Source of the DNA: Candidatus Omnitrophota bacterium
GTDB taxonomy: Bacteria > Omnitrophota > Gorgyraeia > 1-14-0-20-64-10
Assembly (NCBI GenBank): GCA_016177405.1
Contig: JACOVG010000033.1
Coordinates: forward strand, 41,486 to 105,485
Reading direction: 5' to 3'
Length of the DNA: 64,000 nucleotides
Positions 27,755 through 36,862 of this stretch are shown one piece after another; position 1 is the stretch's first letter; each line of letters begins with the position of its first letter. The position numbers and the translations under genes were made by a program. The notes beneath the pieces were generated by a model. It saw only the letters and a program-made list of their open reading frames with translations. It had not been told where the DNA came from and searched no databases.

Positions 27755-29877
27755 CCCCTGCGCTGCGCGCCTGCGCGCTCTGGCTCCTGATTTCTTTGGC
27801 CGGCTGCGCGGCGCGATCCGACCCGCCGGAGGAGCTGTTCGCCCGGTTCGACGCCCTGGTGGCGTCCAAGGATTACCGGCAGGCCCTGAATCTGGCCGAG
27901 GAGACCCTCAAGAGATATCCGCGCTCCGGCCGCCTGAAGCTCTACCTGGGCCGGGCTGCCTTTCTGAAGGGAGATTTCGAAAGGGCGGCCCAGCGGCTGT
28001 CCGAGGCCTTGAACGCGGGCTGGGGAGGGGTTGAAGAGCGCAGGATCCTTGGCTCAAGCCATCTCTTCCTGGGAAACCTTGAGCAGGCCTCCGGCTTCTT
28101 GGAGACAGCGATGGCGATGGATCCGGCAGACACCGAGGGCCTCAAGGGCTTGGCCTACACCCGTTTTTACCAGGGGCGCGGCCGCCAAGCCGCGGAGCTT
28201 CTTGAGCGAGCCGTTCAAACCGACCCTCAAGATCTGGAAGCCAAAACGGCGTTGGACGCGGTGATGGGATTGACCGGCCGCTGGAGCGCGGCGCAAATGG
28301 CTTGGCACACGGATCAGGGCAGCGGGATGCAGATCGCTTACCCGGGAGGATGGAGCAGGCAAGACAAAAGCTTTCCAGGCCCGGCAGGCAAGGTGGCTTA
28401 CCAGATCTTTTCCGGGTCGGTGCCCGGCGGAGAGGGCCGATACCGCTTCGGGCAATTTCTGATGCTGACCACGATCCACAACGCCGGAGCCCACCCCTTG
28501 CCTTGGCTCTTCAAGGGCTCGCCCGTGACCGGTGAGATTTCCACCAAAACCTTTTCCAGGGATCCCAAGCGGCTGGCGCCCCTGATGAGCCGGGAGGTTC
28601 TGCTGTGGGTGCTGGATCAGTTTCGTTTGACCGCCGGAAGCTTCTCCGTGAACGCCTGGACGGCCCGCCGGGGCCAAGCCACCTACTGCCTGGGCAGGGT
28701 TTCCGGCGAGGATTCCTACGGGAACGACTTCGATGGATTCGCCTTGGGTGTTTACGATCCTTTCTCCGACACCTTTGGAAGTCTTCTGTTGGTGGGGCCG
28801 CGGTCGGCCAGGCACACCGTGGAGCCGTTGTCCCGGGCGATCTTTAACCTGGCCCTTTTCGGGGGAATCGCGGGGGTCCCGCCGGCGCCTGCCGGGTCGG
28901 TTTCCGCCGAAGAGTACCAAGCCAGGATTGAGGCCTTCCTTCAGTCGGAGACGTGGGGCCGGGCCCTGACCGAGGCCCAAGAGGCCGTCAAGCAATATCC
29001 CCAGCAGGCCATTCTCCATTTCCTGGCCGGCGAAGCCCAGCGCAAGATGGGTCAATGGACCCAAGCCCTGGAGGCCTACCAGCGGGCGAGCGGCCTGGGC
29101 TTGTCCACCCTGACCTCGGAACTGGCCCTGGGCGACACGGCCCTGGCGCTTGGGGATTGGCCCCTGGCCCAGAAGGCCTACGGGAGGGTTCTGCGAATCA
29201 AGCCCAGCGATCCGGGCGCTTTGGTTGGAATCGGCATCGGCCTCCTGCGCCAAGGAAATCTGGAGGAGGCCGGCCATTACTTTGAGCGGGCCCGGGTGGA
29301 GGCGCCCCATCTGGAGGTGGTCCGGTACTATGGGGAGATCGCCAAGGCCCAACAGGGCCAAGCCGCCGGCCTGGTGCAGTGGTTCAGGCCCCGGGGCCGT
29401 CCCCGCGACGGCTTCGCGGCTCCGGGGCCTTGGGCTCTTTACGAACTGGATGAAGAGGGAGCGGCCTACCGGGTCCTCTTTTCCCCTGAGGCGATCGATC
29501 CGGCCTCTCCCCAGACGGGAGAGGGCCTGATTTACCTGCGCCAAGAGCGGGCCATGAGCCAGGCCGGCCGGACCAAGGAATCGCAGGACCCCGAGAAGGT
29601 CGCGGAGGATTTTATCCTGGATCAGTTTGAGCGCTTGACCGATCCCCAGAAGGTTCTTCAATTCGTGGGCCTCACCCAGAAACGGGGGAGCGACCGGTGG
29701 GTGGCGGGTCAGATCGGCTTCACCCAGGCCGCCAAGCGATGGACCATGAGGATCTTCTGCCTTTACCAGCCTGCCCGAGACTGCCTGCATGTGCTGATCC
29801 TCCGGACCGGCGGCACCAGCCTCGGTCCTTGGGAGCCCTTCGCGCAGGCCTGTTTCGAGACGGCTGTCTTTGAATGA
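27751..29877 (+). CDS. TPR-repeat lipoprotein
   Basis: Lipobox LLISLAGCAARS. Multiple TPR-like helical repeats at both ends. Confidence 0.65.
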   Translation: MTPALRACALWLLISLAGCAARSDPPEELFARFDALVASKDYRQALNLAEETLKRYPRSGRLKLYLGRAAFLKGDFERAAQRLSEALNAGWGGVEERRILGSSHLFLGNLEQASGFLETAMAMDPADTEGLKGLAYTRFYQGRGRQAAELLERAVQTDPQDLEAKTALDAVMGLTGRWSAAQMAWHTDQGSGMQIAYPGGWSRQDKSFPGPAGKVAYQIFSGSVPGGEGRYRFGQFLMLTTIHNAGAHPLPWLFKGSPVTGEISTKTFSRDPKRLAPLMSREVLLWVLDQFRLTAGSFSVNAWTARRGQATYCLGRVSGEDSYGNDFDGFALGVYDPFSDTFGSLLLVGPRSARHTVEPLSRAIFNLALFGGIAGVPPAPAGSVSAEEYQARIEAFLQSETWGRALTEAQEAVKQYPQQAILHFLAGEAQRKMGQWTQALEAYQRASGLGLSTLTSELALGDTALALGDWPLAQKAYGRVLRIKPSDPGALVGIGIGLLRQGNLEEAGHYFERARVEAPHLEVVRYYGEIAKAQQGQAAGLVQWFRPRGRPRDGFAAPGPWALYELDEEGAAYRVLFSPEAIDPASPQTGEGLIYLRQERAMSQAGRTKESQDPEKVAEDFILDQFERLTDPQKVLQFVGLTQKRGSDRWVAGQIGFTQAAKRWTMRIFCLYQPARDCLHVLILRTGGTSLGPWEPFAQACFETAVFE

Positions 29878-29884
29878 GGGGGTC

Positions 29885-29914
29885 TTGACAAGGTCGAGGG
29901 CCTTGTGGGATACT
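29885..29914 (+). promoter_or_regulatory. Sigma-70 promoter TTGACA-N18-GATACT for the cold-shock gene
   Basis: TTGACA at 29885-29890 and GATACT about 18 bp downstream. The ~75-nt leader is typical of csp genes. Confidence 0.5.
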
Positions 29915-29989
29915 CGCGAAACGCTTTTTTTGGGGTAGTTAGAGTTGGGGCCACGGTGGTTTCAGGTGAACGGAGGTAATCAAGTCGCC

Positions 29990-30193
29990 ATGCCAAAAGG
30001 AACGGTGAAGTGGTTCTCGGATCAAAAGGGATATGGGTTCATCACCCCGGAGGACGGAAAGGATGTTTTCGTTCACTACAGCGCGGTCACCGGGGATGGG
30101 TTCAAGTCGCTGCGTGAAGGGGAGACGGTGGAGTTTGAGGTCACCCGTGGTCCCAAGGGAGAGCAGGCCGCCAACGTCAAGCGCTTAGCGTAA
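29990..30193 (+). CDS. Cold-shock protein (CspA family)
   Basis: [33 protein letters not shown] with RNP1/RNP2 motifs. A GGAGG RBS lies upstream. Confidence 0.9.
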   Translation: MPKGTVKWFSDQKGYGFITPEDGKDVFVHYSAVTGDGFKSLREGETVEFEVTRGPKGEQAANVKRLA

Positions 30194-30214
30194 ACCAGAC
30201 CCTCCGACTCACCG

Positions 30215-30260
30215 CCGCGGGCCCTTCCACTAAGCCTCTTGAAGGGCCCGCGGGTTTTTG
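30215..30260 (+). terminator. Rho-independent terminator of the csp gene
   Basis: 13-bp GC-rich stem (CCGCGGGCCCTTC...GAAGGGCCCGCGG) followed by GTTTTTGG. Confidence 0.7.
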
Positions 30261-30267
30261 GTACAAT
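30239..30267 (+). promoter_or_regulatory. Promoter TTGAAG-N17-TGg-TACAAT overlapping the csp terminator
   Basis: TTGAAG at 30239-30244. TACAAT at 30262-30267 is preceded by TGG (extended -10). It drives a ~190-nt transcript ending at the 30463-30498 terminator. Confidence 0.5.
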
Positions 30268-30286
30268 CGTCCCAGTGGAGTTTACG

Positions 30287-30427
30287 ATGGAGAGAATGAA
30301 GACCGCGACCACGAAGATTTATGAGCCTGTCATGAAGGCCAAGGCCTTCTGGCGGATGGCGGACTGGGTCTGCCTTCGCCATCCGGCCTTCCGGTCGTGG
30401 AGTTTCAAGGAGGCAACCCCAAGCTAG
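30287..30427 (+). CDS. Candidate small protein (46 aa) or sRNA locus
   Basis: ATG preceded by GGAG. Peptide MERMKTATTKIYEPVMKAKAFWRMADWVCLRHPAFRSWSFKEATPS. It is bracketed by its own promoter and terminator. Confidence 0.35.
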   Translation: MERMKTATTKIYEPVMKAKAFWRMADWVCLRHPAFRSWSFKEATPS

Positions 30428-30462
30428 AGCTGAAAGCTTAAAGAAACTCAAGGTCTTCAAGA

Positions 30463-30498
30463 ACCCACGATCGGAACAACCGAGCGTGGGTTTTTTTA
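30463..30498 (+). terminator. Rho-independent terminator
   Basis: Stem CCCACG...CGTGGG followed by TTTTTTTATT. Confidence 0.65.
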
Positions 30499-30534
30499 TT
30501 GCGCGAGCCGCTTACAAAAAAAAGGAGGTTCACG

Positions 30535-30753
30535 ATGAAAGCGATCGAAGAAAACGCCAGGGGTCCGACCCTGACGCTGTTGAGGGTCAAAAAACACCCG
30601 GTGAAGCTGACGGCCCTCTTGTACTTGAGGGAGGCCCTCTTAAGGGAGCGCTATGAGCGCTGCCCGGAGTTCATCCGGATCGCCAAGGAGTGGGGGGCGA
30701 AAGGGCGGGAGATCGAGGAGCTGCTGGAAGATGCCCGGCGATTGCCGCGATAG
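30535..30753 (+). CDS. Small hypothetical protein (72 aa)
   Basis: Strong RBS AAAAAAAAGGAGG 7 nt before the ATG. Helical and charged. No known motif. Confidence 0.45.
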   Translation: MKAIEENARGPTLTLLRVKKHPVKLTALLYLREALLRERYERCPEFIRIAKEWGAKGREIEELLEDARRLPR

Positions 30754-30754
30754 C

Positions 30755-31627
30755 CTAGGCGGCTACCGCGACCGGCGGACTCTGGTCCGCCTTGGCGATC
30801 TGTTCCGGCTTGGGAAGCTGGATGCCGCCTGCCAGGCCCAGAAGCGCAAGAAGCCGGATGGTGAAGTAGGTGAGGTCCATCTCCCACCAGCGAAGGCCGT
30901 GGGCCGCCGAACGCAGGAAGGCGTGGTGGTTGTTGTGCCAGCCCTCGCCGTAGGTCAGCAAGGCCACCCACCCGTTGTTGGTGGAGCGGTCGCCGGTGGC
31001 CCATTTCCGATAGCCCCAGATGTGGGCGGCGGAATTGACCAGCCACGTGCAGTGCCAGACGAAAACAGTTCTGGCAAAGATACCCCACACGACAAAGGGC
31101 CAGCCTCCCCAAAGATAGAGGAAAAGGGCCAGGATCAGCTGATACCAGCCGTGGGTGGCGTTGAGAAACCGGTAGACCGGATCCTTGGCCAGATCCGGGG
31201 CGAATTCCCGGTACTTCTCAAAGCGGTCGAGCTGCTCGTCGAAAGCGAAGAGCCATCCCATGTGGGCCCACCAGAAGCCGCGGGTGGGGGAGTGGGGATC
31301 CCCTGCCTCGTCGGAGCGGGCATGGTGCATGCGGTGGATGGCCACCCACTTGATCGGCCCGTTTTGATAAGCCAGACACCCGCAGAGGGCCAAAAGGTAT
31401 TCCAGCGGTTTCCAGAGTTCAAAGGAGCGATGGGTGAGAAGCCGGTGGAAACACAGGCAGATCCCCAGAGCCCCCGTGATCCACTGCAGGGCAAAGAAGA
31501 TCCAAAAGGCCTCCCAGCTGAAGCAAAAGGGGGCCGCCAGCGCCCCCAGGTGCAGGAGGGTAAAACCCACGGCGGAGTCCCACTTGAACCGCGGGCGGTT
31601 AAGGGCCGCCACCACGTCGGAATTCAT
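30755..31627 (-). CDS. Acyl-CoA/acyl-lipid delta-9 fatty acid desaturase
   Basis: Three His boxes (HRLLTHRSF, HRMHHA, HNNHHAF) and 4 TM segments. Confidence 0.85.
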   Translation of the reverse strand: MNSDVVAALNRPRFKWDSAVGFTLLHLGALAAPFCFSWEAFWIFFALQWITGALGICLCFHRLLTHRSFELWKPLEYLLALCGCLAYQNGPIKWVAIHRMHHARSDEAGDPHSPTRGFWWAHMGWLFAFDEQLDRFEKYREFAPDLAKDPVYRFLNATHGWYQLILALFLYLWGGWPFVVWGIFARTVFVWHCTWLVNSAAHIWGYRKWATGDRSTNNGWVALLTYGEGWHNNHHAFLRSAAHGLRWWEMDLTYFTIRLLALLGLAGGIQLPKPEQIAKADQSPPVAVAA

Positions 31628-31710
31628 GCTGGTACGTTAGCATGGGCGCGTTCCCGAAGTCAACCCTGGCCCTCCTTGACGGGTTCTCTGGCCTCTGGTA
31701 GGGTGGGGGC

Positions 31711-32820
31711 ATGAGGCTTCGTTTTCGGGAATTCTTTGCCGTGGCCCTCGCATTGGCCCTGGCCTGGGGCTTGCGGGGCCAGCACGGTCACGAGAGGGGC
31801 GCCGCCATCGTGGGCGCGATGGCCGGCCTTTCGCTGGCTGCCGCCACGGGGGGAGCCCGCTGGATCGGGGCCGCGGTGATCGGTTCCCTCGGTTTTGCCA
31901 TCGGCGGCGCTTTAAGCTACGGCCGTTTTGTCCATCTGGCTTATGAGGGTTCCTGGGAGGCGATCGGTTCCCTGGGGCTGATCGGCCTTGGCTGGGGGGG
32001 ATTGGGCTGTTTGGGCCTGGGCCTGGGCCTGGGGATCGCGAGGTATCGGCCGTGGGAAAGGGCCGCGCTGGCCGGCGGTTTGTTCCTGGTCTGGTTTCTG
32101 GTGGACCGGCTGCTCTGGGGGCACCTGAAGGGGCCTCAAGATTTGGCCACCCGGGAGCTGATGGCGGTGGTTCTTTTAGGGGCGTGGGCGCTGTTCTCGG
32201 CTTATGTGGGGGCCTGGCGGCAGGACAAGGATTCCCTGAAGCTCGCCGCCATCGGGGGCGCCGGATTTGGTCTTGGGTTTCCCTTGGCGGCCTGGGTGCA
32301 GGGGTTGGGAGGTTTAAGCGGCCTGCCGGTGGATTGGTGGAAAATGGGGGAGCACCTGATCGGCCTCCTGGGCGGCGTGACCCTGGCGGCGGCCGTTCAG
32401 ATCCTTCCCCCCACCTGGAATTTGCCCTTGGCCATCCGGCCCTGGGAGCGATGGCTCGCCTTCGTGTGGCTACTTTGGCTTCTTCCCGTGTGGCTCATTG
32501 CCAACAACCTGGATTACTGGATCGCGGAGCGAGCCCTTCTTCCTTTGTGGGCGGGCAAGGTGGTGTGGAGTCTCCTCTTTCTTATCCTGGCCGGATTGAT
32601 CCTCTACGGTTTTTTCGAGATTCGGCGGGGCCGGGCCTTTGTCACCTCGTGGCTTCCGAAGCGCTTGAGGGGAATCTTTCTTGCCTTCCTTTGGATCACC
32701 ACCGTCATCGGAAGCTCCAAAACCATTCTGGCCGAGGGATTTACCACCACCTCCATCGGCTTCTTCGCGCTGGCAGCCCTCATTACCCTGTCTCTGCGGC
32801 CCAGCCGCGCCTCTAGATAA
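31711..32820 (+). CDS. Polytopic membrane protein, hypothetical
   Basis: 369 aa with ~10 TM segments, Gly/Leu/Trp-rich. No catalytic motif. Confidence 0.55.
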   Translation: MRLRFREFFAVALALALAWGLRGQHGHERGAAIVGAMAGLSLAAATGGARWIGAAVIGSLGFAIGGALSYGRFVHLAYEGSWEAIGSLGLIGLGWGGLGCLGLGLGLGIARYRPWERAALAGGLFLVWFLVDRLLWGHLKGPQDLATRELMAVVLLGAWALFSAYVGAWRQDKDSLKLAAIGGAGFGLGFPLAAWVQGLGGLSGLPVDWWKMGEHLIGLLGGVTLAAAVQILPPTWNLPLAIRPWERWLAFVWLLWLLPVWLIANNLDYWIAERALLPLWAGKVVWSLLFLILAGLILYGFFEIRRGRAFVTSWLPKRLRGIFLAFLWITTVIGSSKTILAEGFTTTSIGFFALAALITLSLRPSRASR

Positions 32821-32853
32821 ACTTACCGTTACTATTAAAATTTTCTTGACCCC

Positions 32854-32891
32854 TTGCTTTATTCCCTTCCATAGGCCATGCTTAAAAGTGA
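32854..32891 (+). promoter_or_regulatory. Promoter TTGCTT-N17-GGC-CATGCT (GCCATAsT class, copy 1) within an AT-rich island
   Basis: TTGCTT at 32854-32859 and CATGCT at 32877-32882, then TTAaaaGTGA. Region 32821-32947 is far more AT-rich than the flanks. It sits upstream of the excisionase-family gene. Confidence 0.5.
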
Positions 32892-32947
32892 TGAACAAGA
32901 ATGAAATACAAATAAGAAAACTGATAAAAACTGAAGATTGGTAAAGC

Positions 32948-33160
32948 ATGAGCCCAGAGATATTGACCATCAATCAAGTGGCCGACCTTCTTCACCTTCA
33001 TGAGATGACGGTCTACCGACTTGCCAAGGAGGGTAAGCTCCCAGGTTTCAAGGTGGGCGGGCGATGGCGCTTTCAGCGCGACGCCCTGGAAACCTGGATG
33101 GTGGACCGGGCGCAGGTGGCCCGCCTGGAGGGGGAAGTTAAAAGGAAGAAGGACGCTTAA
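32948..33160 (+). CDS. Excisionase-family (MerR-like) HTH DNA-binding protein
   Basis: 70 aa with the TIGR01764-type pattern LTINQVADLLHLHEMTVYRLAKEGKLPGFKVGGRWRF. Confidence 0.65.
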   Translation: MSPEILTINQVADLLHLHEMTVYRLAKEGKLPGFKVGGRWRFQRDALETWMVDRAQVARLEGEVKRKKDA

Positions 33161-33180
33161 GGCCGACAGGAGAAGAAACG

Positions 33181-33579
33181 ATGCCTGGCAAGAACATTCT
33201 GCTGGTGGACGACGAACCGGATCTGGTGCAGTTGGTCAGCTTGCGCCTGACCTCCGCCGGCTACGAAGTGGCGACAGCCATGGATGGACAGCAGGCGCTG
33301 GATCAGGTCAAGAAGGCCAAGCCCGACCTCATCATCTTGGATCTGATGCTGCCCAAGCTGGATGGCTACAAGGTCTGCCGCCTGCTCAAGTTCGATGAGC
33401 GGTACAAGGCGATCCCCGTCCTCATCTTCACGGCCCGGGCCCAGGCCCAGGACATCCAGCTCGCCATGGAGTGCGGCGCCGACGCCTATATGACCAAGCC
33501 CTTTGACGCGGCGGGCTTGCTTGCCAAGGTGAGCGAGCTCATGAACGAGGAGCGCGCCCCGCGAGGGGAAGCCTCTTAA
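33181..33579 (+). CDS. Single-domain response regulator (CheY-like receiver)
   Basis: LLVDDEP, phospho-acceptor Asp in IILDLMLP, and KPF near the C-terminus. Confidence 0.85.
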   Translation: MPGKNILLVDDEPDLVQLVSLRLTSAGYEVATAMDGQQALDQVKKAKPDLIILDLMLPKLDGYKVCRLLKFDERYKAIPVLIFTARAQAQDIQLAMECGADAYMTKPFDAAGLLAKVSELMNEERAPRGEAS

Positions 33580-33590
33580 AGGAAGAGCCC

Positions 33591-35234
33591 ATGACGGCAG
33601 CCCGCAGGCGAGAACTTCTTTCGCAGTGGATCGATAAGCTGGAAGGGCGCCTGAATCTGGATCCCCTGATCCAGGAGGCCTGCGGGGCCCTTCTTCGCCT
33701 AAGCGGCGCCGACCGCTGCTCCATCATGGTGCTGGACTCCTCCACCGAGGAGCTGTCCGTCCGATGGGCGGAAGGGATCCGGGTCAAGCCCTTTGGCAAG
33801 GTCAAGTTCAAGCTGGGGGAAGGAATGTGCGGCTGGGTCGCCCAAGCGCAGAAGCCCCTGTACAGCTTTGACGTCACCAAGGAAAACCGGTTTCTTCCCT
33901 CGGCCGCTTCCCGCCCGCGTCCGCTGAAGCCGGTCCGGGCCTTCTGCTGTCTGCCCTTGACCTCGGAGGGCCGCGCCATCGGCGTGGTGAATCTCTCCAC
34001 CTTCAAACCGAAGAGCCGGTTCAGCTCCTACGTCAAGCAGAGGCTGACCCAGGAGTTTTTGAGGAGGCTGGCCAAGGTCATCGCGCAGGCGGCCCTCCTG
34101 CGGGAAACCGAGGCGGCCTCGGAACGCTTCAGAAGGCTTCTTAAGAGCACCTCCGAGACGGTGGCCCAGGTCAGCCACGAGGTCCGCACCCCCTTGACCC
34201 TGATTACCGAAGGCGCGCAGCAGCTCTTGGACGGCATTCAAGGGCCGCTGGATCCCCGGCAAAAGGAGAGCCTCGAAAGGATCAAGGCGCAGACCGGGCG
34301 GATGCTTCGGCTGGTCAACGAGCTGTTGGACCTTTCCCGGATAGAGGCGGGCCGGCTCTCCCTTTACCGCAAACCCCTGGGGATGGGCGAATTGGTTCAA
34401 GAGGCGATTCACCGCTACGAACCGCTGATCGCTCCCCGCAAGCTCACCCTCCAGCTGGATTCGGTCCCGCCGGTCTATGGGGATCGCTCCCGCTTGACCC
34501 AGGTGGTGGAGAACCTCATCACCAATGCCGTGAAATTCACCTCCCCCAGCGGGGCCTTGGGGATCTCCTTGAAGGCCAAGGATCGTTGGGCCGAGCTGGG
34601 GGTGAGCGACACCGGGGCCGGAATGCCCAAGAGGGAGCAGGGGCGCCTTTTCGAGAAGTTCTTTCAAGGGAAGATGCCGGCCGGGTCGGTGGTGAAGGGA
34701 ACGGGACTGGGCTTGACGATCGTCAAGGAGATCGTTCAGCTTCATGCCGGGACGATCCGCGTCCGGTCTCGAGCCGGCGAAGGGACAACCTTCACGGTGA
34801 GCCTTCCACTCTACAGCCCGGCCTTCGCCCTGACCGAGGAGTTTGGCGCGATGCGCCGGCAGTCGGCCCGCGAGGGGACGGCCCTGTGCTGCCAGCTGTT
34901 TACGGCCCATTCCCGGACCCCGGTTTCCTGGCGGGAGGCGGCGGCTCTTTTCTCAAGGCACGTCTCCCGGGAGGACCGGGTTTTGGACCATCCCGAGGGA
35001 GGCCTGGTCATCCTTTCCGTTTCCGATCCCGCCGGGTTTGAGGCGATGCGCAAGCGCCTCGAGGGGGTGTTGAGCGCTCATCCGGAGATGATTCCCCCTT
35101 CCGGGATCGGCTGGGGATGGGCCTTGGTTCCGCAGGAGGCCGCCGACCTCGCCGAAGCCCTGCGCCTGGCCCGCGAGCGCGGCCAGGCGCGTTCGGAGAA
35201 TTTGGTCAAGAGCATCCGGGCCCTGGGAGATTAA
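33591..35234 (+). CDS. GAF-domain sensor histidine kinase with uncharacterised C-terminal extension
   Basis: N-terminal GAF domain. H-box SHEVRTPLT. HATPase G-boxes (DTGAGM, GTGLGLTIV). About 130 aa follow with no recognised domain. Confidence 0.8.
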   Translation: MTAARRRELLSQWIDKLEGRLNLDPLIQEACGALLRLSGADRCSIMVLDSSTEELSVRWAEGIRVKPFGKVKFKLGEGMCGWVAQAQKPLYSFDVTKENRFLPSAASRPRPLKPVRAFCCLPLTSEGRAIGVVNLSTFKPKSRFSSYVKQRLTQEFLRRLAKVIAQAALLRETEAASERFRRLLKSTSETVAQVSHEVRTPLTLITEGAQQLLDGIQGPLDPRQKESLERIKAQTGRMLRLVNELLDLSRIEAGRLSLYRKPLGMGELVQEAIHRYEPLIAPRKLTLQLDSVPPVYGDRSRLTQVVENLITNAVKFTSPSGALGISLKAKDRWAELGVSDTGAGMPKREQGRLFEKFFQGKMPAGSVVKGTGLGLTIVKEIVQLHAGTIRVRSRAGEGTTFTVSLPLYSPAFALTEEFGAMRRQSAREGTALCCQLFTAHSRTPVSWREAAALFSRHVSREDRVLDHPEGGLVILSVSDPAGFEAMRKRLEGVLSAHPEMIPPSGIGWGWALVPQEAADLAEALRLARERGQARSENLVKSIRALGD

Positions 35235-36845
35235 GTGGGAGCCATCAGGTCGTCCGAAGAGAAGCTGGTCGAGGAGGGGCTGATCACGGCCGAGCAGCTG
35301 AATCAGGCCCGCGCCGAGGCGGCGCGAAAGGGCCAATCGGTCCGGCAGGCCCTGGTGAGCTTGGGGGCGATCGATCCCAAGGCCCTGGCCCACTGGTTGA
35401 GCCGCGAGCTGAACCTTCCCCAGGTGGAGCTTAAGACCTATCTCGTGGATACCCAGGTGGTGGATCTGATTCCGGAGGCCTTGGCCAGGAAGCACCGGGT
35501 GATCCCCCTGTTCAAGGTGGGCTCCGCGCTGACCGTCGCGACCGCCGATCCGCTCAACCTCGCGGCCCTGGACGATCTGCGGTTGAAGAGCGGCTTGAAC
35601 GTGGAGCCGGTGGTCGCCACCGACGAGGAGATCGGCCAGGCCCTGGAGGAATATTACGGAGCCAAGGGCCGGTGGGACGAAATGGTCTCCCACCTGACCC
35701 AGGAGCGCCTGGGGATGGCGACGGGCGCCGAGCCGGAGCTCGCGAAGCTCAAAGGGCTCGTGGAGGAGCCGCCGATCGTGCGCCTGGTGAATCTCCTCCT
35801 GGCCGACGCGATCCACTGCCGCGCCTCCGACATCCACCTGGAGCCGGAGAGGGAGCTCTTGAAGGTCCGCTTCAGGGTGGACGGTCTCTTGAGGGAGTCG
35901 AGCGCCCTCCCCAAGCACCTGGAATCTGCCGTGATCTCCCGCATCAAGATCCTGGCCAGCCTCGACATTGCCGAGCGCCGCAAGCCGCAGGACGGCCGTT
36001 TCCGAGTTTCGATGGAGGGCCATGAGGTGGACCTGCGCGTCTCCGTGATGCCGGCGATCGACGGAGAAACGGTGGTTCTGCGCCTTCTGGACGCCTCCGG
36101 GCTTCAGTTGGACTTGAATCAGCTGGGCATGGAGCCCGAGCTTCTGGCCCGGTATCAGACTCTTCTCAAGCGCCCCTGGGGGATCCTCCTGGTCACGGGG
36201 CCCACAGGGTCGGGTAAGACCACCACCCTCTACGCCTCCCTGGCCACCCTCAATGCCGGCCAGCAGAACATCGTGACGATCGAGGATCCGGTCGAGTACC
36301 GGCTCAAGGGGATCCGGCAGATTCCGATCAACCCGGCGGTGGGCCTCACCTTTGCCTCGGGTTTGCGCTCCATCCTGCGCCAGGACCCGGATGTGATCCT
36401 GGTGGGGGAGATCCGCGACCGGGAGACGGCCGAGACCGCCGTCCAGGCGGCCCTCACCGGACACCTCGTTCTTTCCACCCTGCACACGAACGACGCCCCC
36501 ACCGCGATCACCCGCTTGATCGACATGGGGATGGAGCCGTTTCTGGTCGCTTCCAGCGTGATCGGCGTGGCGGCCCAGCGGCTGGTTCGGACGGTCTGCC
36601 CCGAGTGCAAGGCCCCCCGGAAGGGCTGCCGAAAATGCGGGAACACCGGCTACAAGGGAAGGATCGGAGTCTTTGAGCTGATGGTTATGAACGATGAGCT
36701 GGGCCGGCTGACCGTGGCCAAGGCCCCCACCGACCAGCTGCGCGCCTGCGCCTGCCGGAGCGGGATGCGCCTCCTGCGGGAGGATGGGATGTTGAGGGCC
36801 TCCTCCGGCCTCACCACCCCCGAAGAGGTCTTGAGGGTCACCTAA
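35235..36845 (+). CDS. Type IV filament assembly ATPase (GspE/PilB family)
   Basis: N-terminal GSPII_E N-domain. Walker A GPTGSGKTTT. Asp and His boxes. Tetracysteine motif CPECKAPRKGCRKCGNTGYKGR. Confidence 0.9.
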   Translation: MGAIRSSEEKLVEEGLITAEQLNQARAEAARKGQSVRQALVSLGAIDPKALAHWLSRELNLPQVELKTYLVDTQVVDLIPEALARKHRVIPLFKVGSALTVATADPLNLAALDDLRLKSGLNVEPVVATDEEIGQALEEYYGAKGRWDEMVSHLTQERLGMATGAEPELAKLKGLVEEPPIVRLVNLLLADAIHCRASDIHLEPERELLKVRFRVDGLLRESSALPKHLESAVISRIKILASLDIAERRKPQDGRFRVSMEGHEVDLRVSVMPAIDGETVVLRLLDASGLQLDLNQLGMEPELLARYQTLLKRPWGILLVTGPTGSGKTTTLYASLATLNAGQQNIVTIEDPVEYRLKGIRQIPINPAVGLTFASGLRSILRQDPDVILVGEIRDRETAETAVQAALTGHLVLSTLHTNDAPTAITRLIDMGMEPFLVASSVIGVAAQRLVRTVCPECKAPRKGCRKCGNTGYKGRIGVFELMVMNDELGRLTVAKAPTDQLRACACRSGMRLLREDGMLRASSGLTTPEEVLRVT

Positions 36846-36862
36846 GGGAGAGCAACAAGAGC

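Noticed and set aside
32948-33160. Prophage or integrative-element boundary implied by the excisionase-family gene
   Set aside because: There is no integrase, tRNA, phage structural gene or flanking direct repeat anywhere in the window. The protein more likely acts as a MerR-like regulator of the downstream cluster.
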